A DNA stretch of 63,120 nt, counting the filler. It is 4 parts of 4 records of this genome, joined end to end, with 100 filler letters (N's around TTAATTAATTAA, not from the genome) between each part and the next. Parts side by side here need not be neighbours in the genome. Positions count along the whole stretch, not along the records: positions 31,504 to 63,120 come from SRR22947727_1057; 3 more parts are not named here. The stretch is one strand, 5' to 3'. Each line of letters begins with the position of its first letter. Position 1 is the first letter of the stretch. The notes under the pieces are model-generated. The model saw nothing but the letters and a program-made list of their open reading frames with translations. It made no database searches and was not told the DNA's origin. This document shows positions 58,633 through 63,120 of the stretch, piece by piece. The position numbers and the translations under genes are program-made.

Positions 58633-60037
58633 CGAATATTGGCAGAATCCTAAAGATACCCAGTTGGGTAAATGGCAAAAAGAACTTGAATCTGTATCAG
58701 GCAGTTCTACATTTTGTATTCTACCATGGATACACTTTGCTACCAGACCCAATGGAGATATGAGATTGTGTTGTTCAGCAAATGCCAGTGGTGCAGGTGA
58801 AGATCATGAAGTTGGTCTTGTAAAAATGGAAGATGGCAAACCTGCAAACTTTGGCAAACACACTCCTATGGAGGCATGGAACAACGACTACATGAAGTCT
58901 GTGCGTACAACTATGATGAAAGGTAACGTACCTAATAGTTGTCGTAAATGTTTTCAAGAAGAAAAGGTGGGTGTAGTTTCAAAACGTATATGGGAAACAG
59001 GCACATGGTACAAAGATGGTGTAGACATTCCTGAACTGTTAAAACAAACCAAAGAAGATGGCACAGTGCCAGAACAATTAATGTATTTGGATCTAAGATT
59101 AGGACACACTTGTAATATAAAATGTGTGATGTGTTCACCACATGACAGTTCTAAATGGGTTAAAGATTGGCAACAGTTAATGCCTCAATTGAAAGATAAA
59201 AATGTAAAAGATCAATTACAATGGAATAAAAAAGAATTCAACAACAAGTGGCATGAAAAAGATACATTTTGGCAAGAGATGTATGCACAGATTCCTAATT
59301 TGAAACAGGTGTACTTTGCAGGTGGTGAACCTTTGATGATCAAGGAACACAAAATGTTTATAGAAGAAATTATTAGACAAGGCTATCAAGATAAGATATT
59401 GTTGCGTTACAACTCAAACGGATTGTTGGTGGACGAAGATTTGATTCAGTTGTGGAGTAAATTTAGAAAAGTTAAATTTGCTGTCAGCATGGATGCAATG
59501 GGTAAACGTGACGAGTACATACGTTATCCTACAGATTTTAAAACAGTAGAAAAAACTTTACACATGCTGGACAATACACCAGACAATATACAAACCAGTT
59601 TGGCAACAGCAATACAAATTTTTAACATAAAACACTTACCGGACTTTATGAAATGGAAAGTGGAAAGTGGATTTAAAAAATTAAATGCAGGCACTGTGCC
59701 AGGAGATGTACAAATGGGCGGCGGCTTGGTTAATATGCACTTGTTGTATATTCCTACTTTCTTAAGTATTCAAATATTACCCAAAGAAGACAAGCAAGAA
59801 GTTGAAGAAAAATTTATGGACTTTAAAGATTGGTTATGGAAAAATTACAGACAGGATGATGACTATTGGAAACACAATCCATATGGATGGCGTCGTTGGG
59901 AGGCTGTGTTAAAACATATGAATCAAAATGATCACAGTAATCTACTTCCAGGATTCAAAGAATATGTTACAAAATTAGATGCTATAAGAGGCATAGATGC
60001 AAAATCTATATTTCCGGAGTTAAAACATTTATTATGA
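58619..60037 (+). CDS. Radical SAM protein with N-terminal SPASM/twitch-like domain
   Basis: FCILPW...NGDMRLCC...CRKC; CNIKCVMC; FAGGEPL; YIRYP. Confidence 0.9.
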   Translation: MTDHNEYWQNPKDTQLGKWQKELESVSGSSTFCILPWIHFATRPNGDMRLCCSANASGAGEDHEVGLVKMEDGKPANFGKHTPMEAWNNDYMKSVRTTMMKGNVPNSCRKCFQEEKVGVVSKRIWETGTWYKDGVDIPELLKQTKEDGTVPEQLMYLDLRLGHTCNIKCVMCSPHDSSKWVKDWQQLMPQLKDKNVKDQLQWNKKEFNNKWHEKDTFWQEMYAQIPNLKQVYFAGGEPLMIKEHKMFIEEIIRQGYQDKILLRYNSNGLLVDEDLIQLWSKFRKVKFAVSMDAMGKRDEYIRYPTDFKTVEKTLHMLDNTPDNIQTSLATAIQIFNIKHLPDFMKWKVESGFKKLNAGTVPGDVQMGGGLVNMHLLYIPTFLSIQILPKEDKQEVEEKFMDFKDWLWKNYRQDDDYWKHNPYGWRRWEAVLKHMNQNDHSNLLPGFKEYVTKLDAIRGIDAKSIFPELKHLL

Positions 60038-60996
60038 ACGTAGTACAAGTATGGAATCCTCAACCTAAAGAAGTGTTGCGTATCGAATTTATGATAGGTA
60101 ATACTTGTAATTTCTCTTGTTGGTACTGTTTCGAAGGTTCACATGAAGGCACTCACAGATGGACCGACGACATGGATCAATTGGTGTTGAACTTTAAACA
60201 TCTATTTGAAAAATACAAAGCAATTGGCAAAACAAAACTTGAATTACACATTGTGGGAGGGGAACCTACATTGTGGCCTAGACTGGGAGAATTTGTTACA
60301 GAAATCAGAAAAACAATACCTTCATACATCACAATCAGTTCCAATGGAAGCAGAACTGTGAGATGGTGGCGTAAGTACGGAGAAGTGTTTGATAAAATTT
60401 TATTAAGTGCTCATTGGAAGCAGATTGATGTGCCTCACTTTATTGAAGTGGCAGACACACTGCACGAATTGGATAGAAGTCCTAACGCAATGGTTTTAAT
60501 GGATCCTACACAATGGGACGTGTGTTTAGGCTTGATTGACAAATTTAAAAAAAGTAAACATGATTGGTTTATAAGTGCTATGGAAGTTATGCACAAAACA
60601 ATCAATTACACAGAAGAACAAAAAGCATTTGTTGCCAAACCCACAAAAAGAAGACCTAGTCTATGGTATCTATGGACACACAGAAAACATTTGAAAAGCG
60701 AACCCACTGTTAAATTTGAAGATGGATCTTCAAAAAAAGTTAATCGTAACTGGTTGGTGTTAAACAAACAAAATGATTTCCGAGGCTGGATGTGTAATAT
60801 AGGAGTGGACAGTATGATGATAGACCCTGCTGGTCTAATCACAAGTGCTTGTAGAACTAAATTATTTGAAAATTATAATATATATGATCCAGACTTTGTG
60901 ACAAAATTCAATCCCGACATTAAACCGAAAATATGCGACAAACGTAACACTTGTATGTGTCAGCCTGAAAGTTTGTTGGATAAAGTTAAACTTTAG
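60034..60996 (+). CDS. Radical SAM protein with C-terminal SPASM/twitch-like domain
   Basis: CNFSCWYC, GGEPT, SNGSRT; GWMCNIG...SAC...ICDKRNTCMC. Confidence 0.9.
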   Translation: MNVVQVWNPQPKEVLRIEFMIGNTCNFSCWYCFEGSHEGTHRWTDDMDQLVLNFKHLFEKYKAIGKTKLELHIVGGEPTLWPRLGEFVTEIRKTIPSYITISSNGSRTVRWWRKYGEVFDKILLSAHWKQIDVPHFIEVADTLHELDRSPNAMVLMDPTQWDVCLGLIDKFKKSKHDWFISAMEVMHKTINYTEEQKAFVAKPTKRRPSLWYLWTHRKHLKSEPTVKFEDGSSKKVNRNWLVLNKQNDFRGWMCNIGVDSMMIDPAGLITSACRTKLFENYNIYDPDFVTKFNPDIKPKICDKRNTCMCQPESLLDKVKL

Positions 60997-61882
60997 ATTT
61001 AGTTATATTGATATCTGCGGCACACGTACACCATTCACGTGTACAGTTGATTGCTTCTGTGGGTTGTGCAAAAGTTCCTTCATAGATGTTTCCAATGGGA
61101 CCTCCCACTCTGCAAGTGGCTCTGTGAACTTCTCCGTCCCAATTAATCATTAAACTTTCTAATCCAGCATTACATTTCCACCCTTTGAATTGATTTGTTT
61201 TTGCGATCAACAAGTCGTTGGTGTTACAAGATTCAGTTTCATCTATCATTGTGTTGTGTGGAGGATTATGATTTTGTGTTACCAAAAAATCTTTTTCATC
61301 TGCAGAATAACGTTCCATGTCTTCAAAAACATCATGTGTTTCAGTCCAACGAATTGGTCGTAGAGCATAGTTTATTCCTGCTTCTTTTAGGCGTCTACAA
61401 GCGTCAGAGACGTCATCTAAATGCCCTGGTAACATCATCATATGCACTAGTATATTTTTATTTTTTGTGTGTTGTGCGACGTTTAAAACGGTTTCTATCA
61501 CTTTTTGGTAGTCATATTCAAAGTGTACAGAGAACACAATATGGTTTATCAATCTATCCAAAATATCTATGTAGAATTCAGCAGTCCTTGTACCATTTGT
61601 GGTTACATTTAACCATGACACTTTTGGTTTAGCATACTCCAACAGATCTAAAATTTTTGGATGTACACATGGTTCTCCACCTGTAAAACTTATTCTTATG
61701 TTGTTGATTTTAGAAAGTTCGTCCACAGCATTTTTTAATATGTTGATGTCTGTGTGTGGACTTGTGTTGTCATGTATCACTGCTGGACAGTAAGAACAAT
61801 CGTAATTACATCTTTTACCAAGGTTCCATTCAACCTTTACACTTTGTTTGATGTGTGGATATAAATGCTCTACCTTAAACAT
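60986..61882 (-). CDS. Radical SAM protein with C-terminal SPASM/twitch-like domain
   Basis: CNYDCSYC, TGGEPC, TNGTRT; GWKCNAG...ATC...NCTREWCTC; start likely 61882. Confidence 0.9.
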   Translation of the reverse strand: MFKVEHLYPHIKQSVKVEWNLGKRCNYDCSYCPAVIHDNTSPHTDINILKNAVDELSKINNIRISFTGGEPCVHPKILDLLEYAKPKVSWLNVTTNGTRTAEFYIDILDRLINHIVFSVHFEYDYQKVIETVLNVAQHTKNKNILVHMMMLPGHLDDVSDACRRLKEAGINYALRPIRWTETHDVFEDMERYSADEKDFLVTQNHNPPHNTMIDETESCNTNDLLIAKTNQFKGWKCNAGLESLMINWDGEVHRATCRVGGPIGNIYEGTFAQPTEAINCTREWCTCAADINITKSKV

Positions 61883-63120
61883 AATCTCGAAACTCCGGAT
61901 TGATTTTTTCAAACGGTCCTTGGTTTCTTGTAAGATCAAGTTTTCTATTAAAGTCTACACAATCTTGCCAATACTCATTAAGGTCTTTTGCTTGTAAAAA
62001 GTTTATGTTGTCTTGTATTTGTTGTTGTGTAATTTTTTCTAATATTGGGTGTTGTTTTACTATTTCATAATCTTTTATTTTAGGTTTCATTGCTTCTAGT
62101 TTTGCAACCACTTGATCTTTCAATGCTTTGGGCAACACTTGTGCCGATAATGCTCTAGGATAACTCACTCTGTGACTGTAAAACACAATCTTCATCTCTC
62201 TTAAAAAATAATCTATCACTTTGTCTATCTGCATTATGTTGTTTGCTTGTACAGTGAATGCACCTACTATTCTACTAACTGTTTTAATTTTTTTCATTTC
62301 TTTAATATTGTATTCAACATCTGAAAATTTACCATTGCCTCTGATATACTCGTATGTGTCGTGTAACCCATCTATGCTGACATTCACAGCAACACTTTTA
62401 AACTTGGGCCAATAATCATGCACAGTTCTTCCACCTTTAATGCCTAGTTTAGTTCCATTTGTGGCATACTTAATTTCAATATTATCTCCATTTTTAGATA
62501 ATAAATCTAATATTTTATAGTGTACAGGATCCATTAAAGGTTCTCCTCCTGCAAATTCCACACGTCTAAAGTGTGGCAAGAGTTTTTCTAAATTATCCCA
62601 AAAGTGATCTTTGTCTTCAAATATTCCCACATAAGGTGCTTTGGTTAAACCTAAACTTTCAACAGCATCTACTAGATAATTTCCTTCTTTTTTATAATGA
62701 TCAACAATAGCATTCCAATCTTTCCATTGTGTAGAATCTAAAGGATTACACATTCTGCATTTTAAATTACATAAGTTATTAACTTTAATCTCTATTGTGG
62801 GTAGTTCAAATGGCATCGAATAATCATCGTTAAGTGTATCCAATGCATTTGGGTATAAATTAATTCTAGATTCTGGAGACGAATCAGTGATATGTCTTTG
62901 ACGTAGGCTTTGGACTCCTTGGTCTTCTAAATCAAAACAAGGTTCACACACATCTGGACGTTCATCATTTAATACCCGACGTCTTACATCTTTCATTTTG
63001 TCTGAGTTCCATGCTTCTTCCAGACTCATATCTTTTATATTAGCAATAGGAAGACTGCGACAACACACCTTAATTGCTCCATCTTCTCTAGTAGCCAATC
63101 CTGTAAAAGGGTGCATACAA
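61875..63120 (-). CDS. Radical SAM protein with N-terminal SPASM/twitch-like domain (starts beyond window)
   Basis: CMHPF...GAIKVCC...CEPC; CNLKCRMC; FAGGEPL; YEYIRG. Confidence 0.9.
   Translation of the reverse strand, partial: CMHPFTGLATREDGAIKVCCRSLPIANIKDMSLEEAWNSDKMKDVRRRVLNDERPDVCEPCFDLEDQGVQSLRQRHITDSSPESRINLYPNALDTLNDDYSMPFELPTIEIKVNNLCNLKCRMCNPLDSTQWKDWNAIVDHYKKEGNYLVDAVESLGLTKAPYVGIFEDKDHFWDNLEKLLPHFRRVEFAGGEPLMDPVHYKILDLLSKNGDNIEIKYATNGTKLGIKGGRTVHDYWPKFKSVAVNVSIDGLHDTYEYIRGNGKFSDVEYNIKEMKKIKTVSRIVGAFTVQANNIMQIDKVIDYFLREMKIVFYSHRVSYPRALSAQVLPKALKDQVVAKLEAMKPKIKDYEIVKQHPILEKITQQQIQDNINFLQAKDLNEYWQDCVDFNRKLDLTRNQGPFEKINPEFRDYV

Larger units (their letters stand above)
31504..63120. 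mobile_element. Fragment of a large tailed-phage genome (separate contig; no evidence of integration)
   Basis: Mtd-type fibre, T4 RNase H-like exonuclease, MoxR+VWA, ClpP, many short hypotheticals, TAAATA motifs; no bacterial core synteny. Confidence 0.88.

Noticed and set aside
31504-63120. Stop-codon reassignment in the phage contig
   Set aside because: Genes are full length and tightly packed under the standard code; TAA, TGA and TAG all end genes.
1-63120. CRISPR arrays, rRNA, IS elements
   Set aside because: No regularly spaced repeats, rRNA-like segments or transposase motifs were found by eye.

Overview
The window is not one continuous locus. It is four contigs joined by artificial 100-nt spacers (44 N + TTAATTAATTAA + 44 N). 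Contigs 1-3 (1-7484, 7585-24707, 24808-31403) come from a very AT-rich, densely packed alphaproteobacterium; a Pelagibacterales/HIMB59-like marine organism is my inference. They carry a surface-polysaccharide island, LexA-boxed umuDC, tRNA-Asn and tRNA-Cys, pcm-tolC-popZ-valS-ilvD, xth-erpA-dgt-argS-scpAB, argF, trkH, apaG and fhs. Contig 4 (31504-63120) looks like part of a large tailed phage (5'-3' exonuclease, MoxR/VWA pair, ClpP, Mtd-type fibre). It holds the two most interesting systems. (i) A 7-deazaguanine cluster: TGT/DpdA-like, DpdL/QueD-like T-fold protein, FolE and an atypical QueE, interleaved with two sugar-type oxidoreductases and a GT-B glycosyltransferase. This suggests a possibly undescribed glycosylated deazaguanine base. 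(ii) A tailoring-enzyme island of more than 12 kb beside the fibre gene: 5 radical SAM, 4 2OG-Fe(II) oxygenases, 2 degenerate kinase folds, 2 mini-SDRs, GNAT, QueC-like PP-loop and SGNH. Several of its genes sit behind TAA[A/G]TA late-type motifs, whereas the deazaguanine genes have sigma70-type promoters. All calls are from motif recognition by eye; no searches were run.
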